Positions 52,056 through 61,847 of a stretch of 64,000 nucleotides of DNA are shown here, one piece after another. The DNA is from Anaerolineae bacterium (GTDB lineage Bacteria > Chloroflexota > Anaerolineae > B4-G1 > SLSP01), in NCBI GenBank assembly GCA_034429675.1, contig DAOUFX010000230.1, positions 2,339 to 66,338 of the forward strand. The letters are read 5' to 3'. The notes beneath the pieces were generated by a model. That model was given only the letters and a program-made list of their open reading frames with translations, had not been told where the DNA came from and searched no databases. The stretch's first letter is position 1. Each line of letters opens with the position of its first letter. The position numbers and the translations under genes were made by a program.

Positions 52056-54761
52056 ATGGAAAAAGAGAGCAACTTGCCGCTGCAATCTGAAGATGAAGCT
52101 TTGTTGATTCAGTTAAAACGAGACGCTTCGTTTGCTCGTTTATCTTTGCTGACGGCTGCATCATGTTTTGCGGTAGCGGGTGTGCATTTCCTCGCCGCCT
52201 GGTACCTGTCCCTTTGGCAATATTGGGTCACCGGCGCTTTGACAGTTTTAGCCGGAGGGGGATACCTTTGGATTCGCCATTTGGTTCCCTCTCATCGTTT
52301 TACTTTGACTAGAACGCTGGCCTGGCTCATTCCATTCTTGTTGTTCCCGCCGATGGCTTTCTTCTGGTCTCATGCTACAGTGCCATTGATCATATCTGTT
52401 TCTTCCGTGCAGATTTTTCTGGGGGTCTTGTTGTACGGACGTAAGCGGATGCCCCTGGCTTTTGCGCAAGCGGTTGTCGGCGTTGTTCTGGTGCTCGTGA
52501 TAAACGCCTTTCCTCTATGGCCGCGCCATGATGTGACAACGACCTGGCTGTCACGTCTTATTTTGGGGATTGTTCCGGCCGGCGCGTTTCTCGTCATTTT
52601 GATGACATTGATTCGGGGTTTGCGACGTTTTAGGACCATTCGCTCCCGTTTGACGGTGGCGTTTGTGGTAGCGGTTCTACTGGGAGCCGGCATCGTCATT
52701 TTGGGTTCTGTCACACTTACCTGGCAGAGTATGATTGGACAGGCCTATGCGCGATTGGGCACCGTTTTGTCGCTTAAAGAAGAATCGCTGAATGCCTGGA
52801 TGAAGAATTTGCTGCTGGACCTGGATGTCATTGTGACTGATGAGCGTGAAGTGGAGCGTATACAGGTGCTTTTGTCTGAAACAGGTTCAGAGTCATTGGT
52901 TTATGAGAAGCGGCAGGATTTGCGCGCGCGCCTCAACCAATTGATTGACCAGGTGCAGCGTTTCGATGTGCTATTTTTGATGGATCCCGCCGGCAAAGTG
53001 GTGCTCTCGTCCGATCCGACGCAAGAGGGGGTGCTTTTTACTGACGAAACTTCTTTCCAGGAGGGTTTACGCGGGCCCTACATTTCTCCACCGATTTATT
53101 CACCTTCGGCAGAAAGAGCCGCCATTTTTGTGACCCGGCCTTTGACCGATAGGGATGGAAATCTGCTAGGAGTTTTTGGGGGGCGCGCCAATATCGCCAG
53201 CCTGGATGACACCATCGCGGGCGTTACTTCATTGGATCAAAGCAGCGAGGTTTATCTGGTGGGGGCCAATCATGCGCGATTGACTGATTCGGATGGAGGG
53301 ACGGGCGACTACCTTCAAAGTCCGGGTATTGACGCCGTGTTGCGCGATCAGAATCTCGGTCAGGGCATGTATAAAGGCTACCGGGGCAATCAGGTAGTGG
53401 GTGTGTATAAATGGATACCTGAATTACAGGTAGCGCTGTTGGTCGAGATGGACCGCGCGAAGGCTTTTCAGGGAGTCCAACAGGTGATATTGCTCAATGT
53501 TATTTTGGCTGTGGTTGCTACCGGATTTGCTGTTGTTATTGCGACTTTCTTTACGCAGGATATATCTTCCGCTTTGACATATCTTTCGGAGATGGCGGTG
53601 CGCATTGCCAGAGGGGAACACGGACTTGTTGCCAGAGTGGATCGTGAGGATGAGATCGGTGTGTTGGCGCAAGCTTTCAACAGTATGACCGGGCAAATGC
53701 GCGACTTGATCGGTGGATTGGAACGTCGCGTGGAGGAACGCACGCAAAGTTTGGAGGCTGTGGCTGAGGTTTCGCGCGCGACGACCTCGGTGCTCGATCC
53801 TGATAAATTGTTGCCTCAAGTAGTTACTCTAGTCCGAGAACGGTTCAATTTGTATTATGTGGGTTTGTTTTTGGTCAATGAAACCGGCGATCAAGCTGTT
53901 TTGCGCGCGGGCACCGGGGAAGCCGGGCGGCAGATGATAGAGCATACCTGGCAACTTGAGATCGGCGGCGAGTCTATGATTGGGCAATGTGTCGCCACCG
54001 GGCGTCCGGGTGTTCGCCAGACAGAGGGCGATATCGTAGTGCGTTTTGAGAATCCGTTCCTGCCGTTGACACGCTCGGAATTGGCGCTCCCTCTACGGTA
54101 CGGGACTCAGGTTATTGGGGCGATGACCGTACAAAGTGTGCAGGAATCGGCCTTTGACAAGACTTCCATTGCCCTGCTGCAAAACATGGCTGACCAGGTC
54201 GCGGTCGCGGTAGAAAATGCGCGGCTCTTTACGACAACCCAGAAGGCTCTGGCGCGGGCGTATGATGTGCAACGACGGTATCAGGCGCAGGCGTGGGAGG
54301 ACTACATGAGCGCGCGTCCGACGACCGGATACGAGTTGCAGGCGAATGAACTGCGACCTTTGACCGAAGAGTTGTTGCCGGATGTTCGCCAGATGCTGCG
54401 CGATCGTCGCCCTTTCGTAGAGGGCGGGAAGCTGATCGTCCCAATTTTTCAGGATGATCGCATTGTAGGCGTTTTAGGATTTGAGGGACGAGCGGGGCAA
54501 ACTGAGTGGGGTGCGGAGGAGATTGCCATGGTCCAGTCTCTTTCCGAACAATTGCTGTTGGCCGCCGAAAATCAGCGCTTGTTGGATCAAACGCAACGCA
54601 GCGCGGCGCGCGAACGAACGATCAGTGAGGTCACCGGTCGTGTGCGTCAGGCATTGGATGTGCAGGGTGTGTTAAGAACGGCTGCCGATGAGCTCCAACA
54701 GGTGCTAAGTCTTGAACGGGTTGTGGTGCGGATGGTGCCTCAGGACGAGTCGGAGCCATGA
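52056..54761 (+). CDS. GAF-array member T: ~6-TM membrane domain + Cache-like + TM + HAMP + S-helix + GAF-A + GAF-B + tail; no output domain
   Basis: The start is set at ATG 52056 (MEKESN...); the track begins at GTG 52047. The HAMP domain is ISSALTYLSEMAVRIARGEHGLV...EIGVLAQAFNSMTGQM. The S-helix is LERRVEERTQSLEAVAEV. GAF-A runs FNLYYVGLFLVNETGDQAVLRAGTGEAGRQMIEHTWQLEIGGESMIGQCV...PFLPLTRSELALPLRYGTQVIGAMTVQS. The tail is RERTISEVTGRVRQALDVQGVLRTAADELQQVLSLERVVVRM. Confidence 0.85.
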   Translation: MEKESNLPLQSEDEALLIQLKRDASFARLSLLTAASCFAVAGVHFLAAWYLSLWQYWVTGALTVLAGGGYLWIRHLVPSHRFTLTRTLAWLIPFLLFPPMAFFWSHATVPLIISVSSVQIFLGVLLYGRKRMPLAFAQAVVGVVLVLVINAFPLWPRHDVTTTWLSRLILGIVPAGAFLVILMTLIRGLRRFRTIRSRLTVAFVVAVLLGAGIVILGSVTLTWQSMIGQAYARLGTVLSLKEESLNAWMKNLLLDLDVIVTDEREVERIQVLLSETGSESLVYEKRQDLRARLNQLIDQVQRFDVLFLMDPAGKVVLSSDPTQEGVLFTDETSFQEGLRGPYISPPIYSPSAERAAIFVTRPLTDRDGNLLGVFGGRANIASLDDTIAGVTSLDQSSEVYLVGANHARLTDSDGGTGDYLQSPGIDAVLRDQNLGQGMYKGYRGNQVVGVYKWIPELQVALLVEMDRAKAFQGVQQVILLNVILAVVATGFAVVIATFFTQDISSALTYLSEMAVRIARGEHGLVARVDREDEIGVLAQAFNSMTGQMRDLIGGLERRVEERTQSLEAVAEVSRATTSVLDPDKLLPQVVTLVRERFNLYYVGLFLVNETGDQAVLRAGTGEAGRQMIEHTWQLEIGGESMIGQCVATGRPGVRQTEGDIVVRFENPFLPLTRSELALPLRYGTQVIGAMTVQSVQESAFDKTSIALLQNMADQVAVAVENARLFTTTQKALARAYDVQRRYQAQAWEDYMSARPTTGYELQANELRPLTEELLPDVRQMLRDRRPFVEGGKLIVPIFQDDRIVGVLGFEGRAGQTEWGAEEIAMVQSLSEQLLLAAENQRLLDQTQRSAARERTISEVTGRVRQALDVQGVLRTAADELQQVLSLERVVVRMVPQDESEP

Positions 54762-54787
54762 GCGCTTTAGACTAGGGAGTCAGGTAT

Positions 54788-56506
54788 ATGGAGAGTCAAA
54801 AGTTGCGACCTGGTAATGCATCACGAGAGGAAACGTCCCTGGAACTGACGACCTTGCAGCGCTCTTTTATGCAAGTTCTACTCAGGATTATAACCATAAC
54901 TGTTCCTGTCTCGTTGGGAATATCTGCATACGCTGCATGGAATGTGGGGCAAAAGGCGCTTACCTTCGTTTTGGGAGCGATTTACGTTGTGCTTTTGGTT
55001 TGTTACTTTTGGCAGAGCGCTGCTTTCCGTTTACGGACATGGGTGTTATTAGGGCTATTGGCAGCAAATGCTTTTATCACTTTGGCGAGAGGCGAACCTA
55101 ACGGAACTGCGCGAATGTTCTTGATTCTCATTCCCTTTCTGGCCCGGCTATTTTTGAACCGTAGGGATGGGATTGTGAGCATTGCCTTATGTCTGGTGCT
55201 GGATGGTCTGGCGGGGTTTCTACTCGATATCGGCGTTTTACCGCCTCCTATGGGGAGAGGGGACTTTGATATTCGCATGTGGCTGCTGCCGGGGACGCTG
55301 GTGTTGTTTACTGTGGATGTTCTGATTGTGATCGGCGTGGACTACTTTCTGCAAAACTTTGACGTTCTGTTGAACCGTAGCCGTTTGTTAGCCGACGACC
55401 TGAAATCACAGCGAGCGCATTTGGAAGCGCAGGTCAATGAGCGCACGACGACGATAGCTCGGCGTGCCAAGTATCTGGAGGCGACTGCCAAGATTGCGCG
55501 TGGAGCTTCTATTTCCCTGGATAATCCTGAGATGTTGTATGCGCACCTGGTGAATTTGATCGCCGAGCAACTGGGCTTCTCCAATGTCTCGTTATTTTTG
55601 GTGGATTCAAGCAACGAGTGGGTTGACTTGCGTGCTGCCTCCAGTGATGCCGGGAAGCACTTATTGGAACAAGGGCATCGTTTGCGTGTGGGAGGACAGG
55701 GTTTGGTGGGCTATGCCGCCGATCGGGGTGAAGTCAGAGTGGTGTCAGATGTGCTTGCAGATGTTCTGTTCAAGGCTCACGGGGTTTTGCCGACGACTCG
55801 CTCCGAAGTCGCTTTGCCGTTGCGTGTGGCCGATGCGATTATCGGCGTGCTGGATGTTCAGAGTGTAGACCCGCACGCTTTCAGTGAGGAAGACGTTGCC
55901 GTTTTACAATCGTTGGCCGATGAGGTTGCCGTGGCGGTAAGCAATGTACGTTTGTTCCAGCAACTACAGGAAAGTATTCAGGCCGAACGCCGTGCGCGCG
56001 GTGAGTCGTCGTTTGACGCCTGGCGCGAACAGCTTCAGGTACAAAGTGGTTTGGGGTTTGTGAAGCAGAGAAATGTTATGACCCTATCCGGCGATTTTTG
56101 GCAACAAGAGATGGCTTCGGCGGTGAAGTCGGGGCGCCCGGCATTGTCCCTCGCCGACCCGCGCACTCTGGCGGTGCCGATCAAAGCGGGTGGGCATGTT
56201 GTGGCCGTGATTGATGCGCGGCTCCCCGATGCGTTTAGTAAGTGGCAACCTGAGCAGATTTCTCTGTTAGAGGCTCTTTCCGATGAATTGGGTGAGGCGT
56301 TGGAGCGTGCGCGACTCTACGAGGAGACCCAACGCCGCGCTACGCGCGAACAACTTTCACGCGAAGTGACCACTCGTGTTCGTGAATCTCTGGATATTGA
56401 GACGATTCTGTTGACGGCAGTGAATGAGATTGGTAGCCGTTTGGGGGTAGAGACTGAGGTGTGGATGGGGATGGATCTGGCGTCTGATGAACATGCCGGC
56501 GGTTAG
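54788..56506 (+). CDS. GAF-array member U: polytopic membrane N-domain + S-helix + GAF-A + GAF-B + tail; no output domain
   Basis: There are ~6 TM helices. The S-helix is LEAQVNERTTTIARRAKYLEATAKIAR. GAF-A runs LGFSNVSLFLVDSSNEWVDLRAASSDAGKHLLEQGHRLRVGGQGLVGYA...LPTTRSEVALPLRVADAIIGVLDVQS. The tail is REQLSREVTTRVRESLDIETILLTAVNEIGSRLGVETEVWM. Confidence 0.85.
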   Translation: MESQKLRPGNASREETSLELTTLQRSFMQVLLRIITITVPVSLGISAYAAWNVGQKALTFVLGAIYVVLLVCYFWQSAAFRLRTWVLLGLLAANAFITLARGEPNGTARMFLILIPFLARLFLNRRDGIVSIALCLVLDGLAGFLLDIGVLPPPMGRGDFDIRMWLLPGTLVLFTVDVLIVIGVDYFLQNFDVLLNRSRLLADDLKSQRAHLEAQVNERTTTIARRAKYLEATAKIARGASISLDNPEMLYAHLVNLIAEQLGFSNVSLFLVDSSNEWVDLRAASSDAGKHLLEQGHRLRVGGQGLVGYAADRGEVRVVSDVLADVLFKAHGVLPTTRSEVALPLRVADAIIGVLDVQSVDPHAFSEEDVAVLQSLADEVAVAVSNVRLFQQLQESIQAERRARGESSFDAWREQLQVQSGLGFVKQRNVMTLSGDFWQQEMASAVKSGRPALSLADPRTLAVPIKAGGHVVAVIDARLPDAFSKWQPEQISLLEALSDELGEALERARLYEETQRRATREQLSREVTTRVRESLDIETILLTAVNEIGSRLGVETEVWMGMDLASDEHAGG

Positions 56507-56528
56507 TGTGTTTGTGGAGAACGAGCGT

Positions 56529-56777
56529 ATGAAAAGATTTAAAGCATTTTTGCGACAGCCAGAACTGATGGCCTTGCTTTTTATCCTGGGGGGCCTTGCC
56601 TTTTTTTACCCGGTTCTATTGATGTTGGAAGCTGCGCCGCCACGAACCACGATGCTTGCTGTCTATCTCCCTTGGGGTTTGATCACACTGGCGTTGATTT
56701 TTATTGGACGCGCCAGCTTCGCGGACTCCTCTTCTCCGGAAGCTACGTCGCAGGATGAAGGGGGGCGTGATGGCTAA
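56529..56777 (+). CDS. small 2-TM membrane protein, DUF4212-like (sodium:solute symporter-associated small subunit)
   Basis: ATG 56529 has GGAGAA 8 nt upstream; the track begins at 56487 and overlaps the previous gene. The 82-aa product has two TM helices (LMALLFILGGLAFFYPVLLML and LAVYLPWGLITLALIFIG). Its stop overlaps the downstream SSS-family start by 8 nt, the typical pairing of the DUF4212 small subunit with an SSS permease. Confidence 0.55.
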   Translation: MKRFKAFLRQPELMALLFILGGLAFFYPVLLMLEAAPPRTTMLAVYLPWGLITLALIFIGRASFADSSSPEATSQDEGGRDG

Positions 56778-59700
56778 TCCCTGGGGTGTCATCCTGGCCA
56801 TATCTGCTTACATTGCCCTGATGTTTGTGGCCGCACTCCTGGTCGAGCGCGGTGTTTGGAAGCGCCAGCTCACAGCTTACGGCGGCATGGTCTATGCTTT
56901 GGCTCTGACCGTTTATTGTACATCGTGGACTTTTTACGGCAGCGTGGGCAGCGCGGCCACCACAGGAATGCGTTTTGTCGCCGTCTATCTCGGCCCGGTC
57001 TTATCCGTCATTTTGTGGGGCAGCGTTCTGCGCCGTATGGTGCGCATTAAGAATTTGTACCGGATTACAACCATTGCCGATTTTATCTCGGCGCGTTATG
57101 CCAAATCCGAGGCTCTGGCCGTTGTGGCGACTCTTTTGGCCGTGGTGGGCGTCTTGCCGTATATTGCGCTACAGCTCAAAGCGGTCACCGACTCTTTTGC
57201 AGTGATTACAGCTGCCGATGTCGCTTTTAGCGCCTGGGCGACCGGTTATATTGCTCCGGTGGTGTTGGTTTTCATGATCGCTTTCACTGTTTTGTTTGGG
57301 GCGCGGCGTTTGGATCCCACCGAGCGGCATCCCGGCATGGTTTTTGCGTTGGCCGTTCTGGGCGTTGTGAGACTGGTTGCGTTTTTGGCCGTGGGAATTT
57401 TTGTCACCTATGGGTTGTTGGGGGGCTTCGGACAATTCTTCCAGACCTTAGAGACCAGTTCTTTTGCCGGATTGACCGACATGGCCGGCGGCGCGTCGGG
57501 GCCGTTGGTTTGGATGACTCACATCCTTTTGTCTATGTCTGCGATTTTGTTTTTGCCCCGGCAGTTCCACATGGCCGTTATAGAAAATGAGAATGAGAAG
57601 CATATCGGTACCGCCATGTGGGTTTTGCCGCTGTACATGATTTTGATCACGATTTTTGTTCTTCCAATTGCAGCCGGAGGACTGTTGTTGGGACAATCGG
57701 TAACGGTGGCCGATACTTTCGTCTTACGCCTGCCCATGCAGTATGGCCCCGGTTGGTTGACCATGTTGGTGTTTTTGGGCGGCCTTTCTGCGTCTTCGGC
57801 GATGGTCATGCTTACATCTTTGGCGGTCTCGACGATGATCGCCAATCACTTACTGTTGCCGTTGCTGATGAGGATACCCTCTTTGGGGTTTTTGCGACGC
57901 AATTTGTTGCCGGTGCGTTGGGGCGTGATCGCCATTGTGTTGGTGTTGGGGTATGTGTTCAACGCGCGTTTGGGCGAGTCCTACACGTTGGTGAACATGG
58001 GATTGATTTCCTTCGCAGCCGTCATGCAATTTGCCCCGGTTATTTTGGGAGGATTGTTCTGGCGACGTGGCAGTAAGGTCGGCGCCTTGATGGGATTGAT
58101 TGCCGGGTTCGCGATGTGGATGTACACATTGTTGATTCCTTCGTTTGTTAGAAGCGGTTGGCTTTCTTCATCCCTTCTCGACAACGGGCCTTTGGGCATC
58201 GGCTGGCTGCGTCCGGAGCAATTTTTGGGATTGCGCGGATTGGACAACTTGACGCACGCGGTGTTTTGGTCTCTGTTGTTGAATGTCGGTTTATACGTCT
58301 TGGGCTCGCTGTTTTTCCCTCAAAGTCAAGACGAGAAGGTTCAGGCTGATCGTTTTGTGGATATCCTGGCCCACAAAGGCGTGACGTTTGCCGCGGTGTA
58401 TGGGCACGCCCAGGTAAGTGTCGTGCTGAAAACAGACCAGCTGGAGCAAATTCTGAATAACTATTTCTTTGTTTCGGAATCCAGGGCTATGATTGCCCGC
58501 TGTTTGGAAAGAGTTGGGCTCAAAGATCAGCGTGAAACTACCGTGAATAAACTCGTCGAGTTTTATGATGAAGTGGAACGCGAACTGGCCGGTTCGCTTG
58601 GCACGGCAGCTGCGCATCGCACGATTGACCGGAAATCCCTTTTCACAGCAGAGGAGTCGGCGGAGTTGTCACGCACTTATGGCGAAATCCTGGCCGATTT
58701 GCAAATCGCGCCTGACGATCTGATGAAGCGGATTGATTATTACCGCGAGCGCGAAAATTTGTTGGCAGAACAGGCGTCCGGGTTGGAATCGCGGGTGGCG
58801 GCTCGCACTCGCGCGCTGGCGATGGCTGCAGAAGTGGGGCGTGCTGCGGCTTCAATCTTGGACCCTGAACGCCTGGTTAAGCAGGTGGTGGAGTTAATCC
58901 GCGAACGTTTTGATTTGTATTATGTCGGTCTGTTTTTGCTGGATGAGCTCCGCGAATGGGCGGTTTTGCGTGCCGGCACCGGAGCCGCCGGACAGATGAT
59001 GCTGGCGCGTGGGCATCGTTTGAAGTGTGACGAGGGTTCAATGGTGGGCTGGTGCATTGTGAATGCCCGGGCGCGCATCGCTCTGGAAGCCGAAAAAGAC
59101 GAAGTGCGCCATGTCACTGCCGAGTTGCCGGATACGCATTCCGAAGTAGCTGTGCCTTTGCGCTCGCGCGGACAGGTGCTCGGTGCGTTTACCATTCAAA
59201 GTACGCAGCTAAACGCCTTTGACGAAGCCGCCATCACGGTTTTTCAGATGGTGGCTGATCAAGTAGCGGTGGCTCTGGACAATGCGCGTTTGTTCGCCGA
59301 TGCCCAGGCCGCTATTGAAACCGAGCGGCGCGCCTACGGTGAGATCAATCGCCAGGCGTGGAAAGAGATGTTGCGCAGCCGGCCTGAGTTGCGTTACCGT
59401 CGCGATGCGCGCGGTGCTGTGCATTCAACATCTGGATCGCCGGCGCAAGAGATCGTGCGGGCGGTTCAGACTGGGGATGCAGTCTATTCCGAGGCCGCCA
59501 CTCTGGCGTTGCCCATCAGGATTCGTGACAATGTGGTGGGCGCGCTGCGTTTTCGCAAGCCGGAAACCAATGAGGCGTGGACGCCGGAGGAAGTGACCCT
59601 GTTGGAGACTCTCATTGAGCAACTGGAAGGAGCGTTGGAACGCGCCCGTCTTTATGACAATACACAACGTAGCGCCGCTCGCGAACGCACCATCGGTCAG

Positions 59701-59898
59701 GTTTCTGCAAGGATGCGCGAGCCGTTGGAATTGGAAGATGTCTTGAAAACGGCTGCGGATCAGATGCGTGAAGCTCTCGGCCTGGAAGAACTGGTGGTGC
59801 GCCTGGCTACCGGTCAGACGCTGGCGCAGTGGGCCGGAGACACTGCTTCGGGAGAGCCGGAGACCGACGATTCACCGATGGGAGATCAAAGCTTATGA
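56770..59898 (+). CDS. GAF-array member W: sodium:solute symporter (SSS family, ~13 TM) fused to S-helix + GAF-A + GAF-B + tail; no enzymatic output domain
   Basis: ATG 56770 has GAAGGGGGG upstream; the track begins at 56704. The SSS N-terminus is VILAISAYIALMFVAALLVERG...YGGMVYALALTVYCTSWTFYGSVGSAATTGMRF with ~13 TM helices to aa ~560. The S-helix is LESRVAARTRALAMAAEV. GAF-A runs FDLYYVGLFLLDELREWAVLRAGTGAAGQMMLARGHRLKCDEGSMVGWCI...ELPDTHSEVAVPLRSRGQVLGAFTIQS. The tail is RERTIGQVSARMREPLELEDVLKTAADQMREALGLEELVVRL. Confidence 0.85.
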   Translation: MANPWGVILAISAYIALMFVAALLVERGVWKRQLTAYGGMVYALALTVYCTSWTFYGSVGSAATTGMRFVAVYLGPVLSVILWGSVLRRMVRIKNLYRITTIADFISARYAKSEALAVVATLLAVVGVLPYIALQLKAVTDSFAVITAADVAFSAWATGYIAPVVLVFMIAFTVLFGARRLDPTERHPGMVFALAVLGVVRLVAFLAVGIFVTYGLLGGFGQFFQTLETSSFAGLTDMAGGASGPLVWMTHILLSMSAILFLPRQFHMAVIENENEKHIGTAMWVLPLYMILITIFVLPIAAGGLLLGQSVTVADTFVLRLPMQYGPGWLTMLVFLGGLSASSAMVMLTSLAVSTMIANHLLLPLLMRIPSLGFLRRNLLPVRWGVIAIVLVLGYVFNARLGESYTLVNMGLISFAAVMQFAPVILGGLFWRRGSKVGALMGLIAGFAMWMYTLLIPSFVRSGWLSSSLLDNGPLGIGWLRPEQFLGLRGLDNLTHAVFWSLLLNVGLYVLGSLFFPQSQDEKVQADRFVDILAHKGVTFAAVYGHAQVSVVLKTDQLEQILNNYFFVSESRAMIARCLERVGLKDQRETTVNKLVEFYDEVERELAGSLGTAAAHRTIDRKSLFTAEESAELSRTYGEILADLQIAPDDLMKRIDYYRERENLLAEQASGLESRVAARTRALAMAAEVGRAAASILDPERLVKQVVELIRERFDLYYVGLFLLDELREWAVLRAGTGAAGQMMLARGHRLKCDEGSMVGWCIVNARARIALEAEKDEVRHVTAELPDTHSEVAVPLRSRGQVLGAFTIQSTQLNAFDEAAITVFQMVADQVAVALDNARLFADAQAAIETERRAYGEINRQAWKEMLRSRPELRYRRDARGAVHSTSGSPAQEIVRAVQTGDAVYSEAATLALPIRIRDNVVGALRFRKPETNEAWTPEEVTLLETLIEQLEGALERARLYDNTQRSAARERTIGQVSARMREPLELEDVLKTAADQMREALGLEELVVRLATGQTLAQWAGDTASGEPETDDSPMGDQSL

Positions 59899-61847
59899 GC
59901 ATTCGAGTGAGTCTGGTCATATTGATTGTGTTGGTGGGAATTTTGCCGCTGGGGATTGCCGTTTTTGCGGCTACCAACCAGATGGAGACTCTGGCTATTG
60001 ACAGCGGCAAGGCCGCGCTGGAACAGATTGGCCGGGCTACCATTTACGATCAAGCCACTACGACGGCGCAACAGCTCGCCGCGTATTTCCACGCAAATCC
60101 TGAGATTGACCTGGCTCATTTGTTAGACTACGCCGACGATGAGACGATGCGATCTCTGGCGGTGCAGCCTGTTGGGAAAACCGGTTACACTGCCATCCTC
60201 GACGCCGATGGTGTGGTTTATTTTCATCCCAATCCTGCTTTGATTGGCATCAATATGGCTGTCCTGTCGGAGAAGTTGCCGGACTTTTGGCGCATTCTCT
60301 CTCGCGGCCTGGATGGGACCCTATCGTCCGGGGATTACGATTGGATCGAACCCGATGGAAGCACTCGCCAGAAATACATGGTGGTGATGCCTGTGGGCGA
60401 TACTCAATTCCGGGTGGCGGCCACCACCTATTTGGATGAGTTCTCTGAATCTACTCGCCAGATCGAGACCGCTTTGCGTGACGTGGCGACACTGACACGC
60501 CAACGTTTTTTCGGCACAATCTTGCTGGTTGCCCTGGGGGTTCTGATCCTTGCCTTGCTGACCAGTGTGTGGGTGACCACGCCTCTGCGCGAAATGGCCG
60601 AGGCTGCTGTTCTGGTCAGCGCGGGCAAGTGGGACGCTATCCAACCATCGCGGCGCCGTGATGAATTGGGAATACTGAATCAGGCATTTTACAACATGAC
60701 CGCTCAAGTACGCGGGCTGGTAAGCGGGCTGGAAAAACAGGTCGCCGAACGCACCCAACATTTGGAACGGCGGGCGCGCTATCTGGAAGCGACTTCGGCG
60801 GTTGCGCGGGGGGCGGCTTCAATTCTCGACCTGGAAGCTTTGTTGTCTGACATTGTTAATCTGGTCGGCCAGCAATTTGGCTTCTATCATGTTGCACTAT
60901 TCTTGCTCGGTGCGGACAATGAGTGGGTTGAGTTGCGCGCAGCATCCAGTGAGGGTGGGCGGCAGCTGCTCATTCAGGGACATCGTTTGCGGGTGGATGA
61001 TCCCGGACTTGTCGGGAGTGTTATCCGCGCCAGCGAATCACGCCTGGCGGTGGACGTCGAAGGTGAAGCGTCGCCATTTCGCGATGCCTATATGCCGGAG
61101 ACTCGCTCCGAGCTGGTTCTCCCGTTGCATGCGCGTGATCAGGTCATTGGCGTGCTGGATGTCCACAGTCGTGAGGCTGAGGCCTTTGATTCGGAAGATG
61201 TGACGGCTTTGCAGTCCCTGGCCGACCAGATAGCGGTCGCGATCAGTAATGCTTATCTCTTCCGGCAGGTCGAGGCCAGCGCTGAAGCAGAGCGTCGCGC
61301 CCGTGGCGAAGCTGAATTGGAAGCCTGGCAGGGTTTGTTGCACTCACGGATGAATCTGGCTTTCCGCAGTACCTCGCGTGGAACGGTTCCTGTCCCCGAT
61401 TTGTGGTATCCAGAGATGGTTCAAGCTATTCGGACGGCTCAACCGGTACAAGATAAGGAAGATGGCACGCGCTTTGCCGTCCCGATCCAGGTAGCCGGGC
61501 AGGTCATCGGCGTGATCGAGGGGCGCAAACCGCAGGCGACGGGCCCCTGGACGTCCGATGACATTGTTCTGATGGACACGTTAGCCGCGCAGTTAAATGC
61601 GGCTGTCGAGCGCGCCCGGCTCTACCATGAAACACAGCGCAGCGCAGCGCGTGAACGTGCGATTGCCGACGTTACTTCGCGTATGCGAGAACCGTTGGAG
61701 CTGGAAGATGTGCTGAAGGCTGCGGTCTCCGAAATCCGTCAGGCATTGGATATGGACGAACTGGCAGTGCGCCTGACGATGTCCGGGCCGTTGAAGCTCG
61801 ATGCCCATATGGAAGAAGGATTGGAAGATCATGAAAACCATAGGTAA
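59895..61847 (+). CDS. GAF-array member X: TM + Cache-like + TM + HAMP + S-helix + GAF-A + GAF-B + tail; no output domain
   Basis: ATG 59895 forms an ATGA overlap with the previous stop and has GGGAGA 8 nt upstream; the track begins at 59829. TM helices are VSLVILIVLVGILPLGIAVFAA and FGTILLVALGVLILALLTSVWV. The HAMP domain is TTPLREMAEAAVLVSAGKWDAI...ELGILNQAFYNMTAQV. The S-helix is LEKQVAERTQHLERRARYLEATSAVAR. GAF-A runs FGFYHVALFLLGADNEWVELRAASSEGGRQLLIQGHRLRVDDPGLVGSV...AYMPETRSELVLPLHARDQVIGVLDVHS. The tail is RERAIADVTSRMREPLELEDVLKAAVSEIRQALDMDELAVRL. Confidence 0.85.
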   Translation: MSIRVSLVILIVLVGILPLGIAVFAATNQMETLAIDSGKAALEQIGRATIYDQATTTAQQLAAYFHANPEIDLAHLLDYADDETMRSLAVQPVGKTGYTAILDADGVVYFHPNPALIGINMAVLSEKLPDFWRILSRGLDGTLSSGDYDWIEPDGSTRQKYMVVMPVGDTQFRVAATTYLDEFSESTRQIETALRDVATLTRQRFFGTILLVALGVLILALLTSVWVTTPLREMAEAAVLVSAGKWDAIQPSRRRDELGILNQAFYNMTAQVRGLVSGLEKQVAERTQHLERRARYLEATSAVARGAASILDLEALLSDIVNLVGQQFGFYHVALFLLGADNEWVELRAASSEGGRQLLIQGHRLRVDDPGLVGSVIRASESRLAVDVEGEASPFRDAYMPETRSELVLPLHARDQVIGVLDVHSREAEAFDSEDVTALQSLADQIAVAISNAYLFRQVEASAEAERRARGEAELEAWQGLLHSRMNLAFRSTSRGTVPVPDLWYPEMVQAIRTAQPVQDKEDGTRFAVPIQVAGQVIGVIEGRKPQATGPWTSDDIVLMDTLAAQLNAAVERARLYHETQRSAARERAIADVTSRMREPLELEDVLKAAVSEIRQALDMDELAVRLTMSGPLKLDAHMEEGLEDHENHR

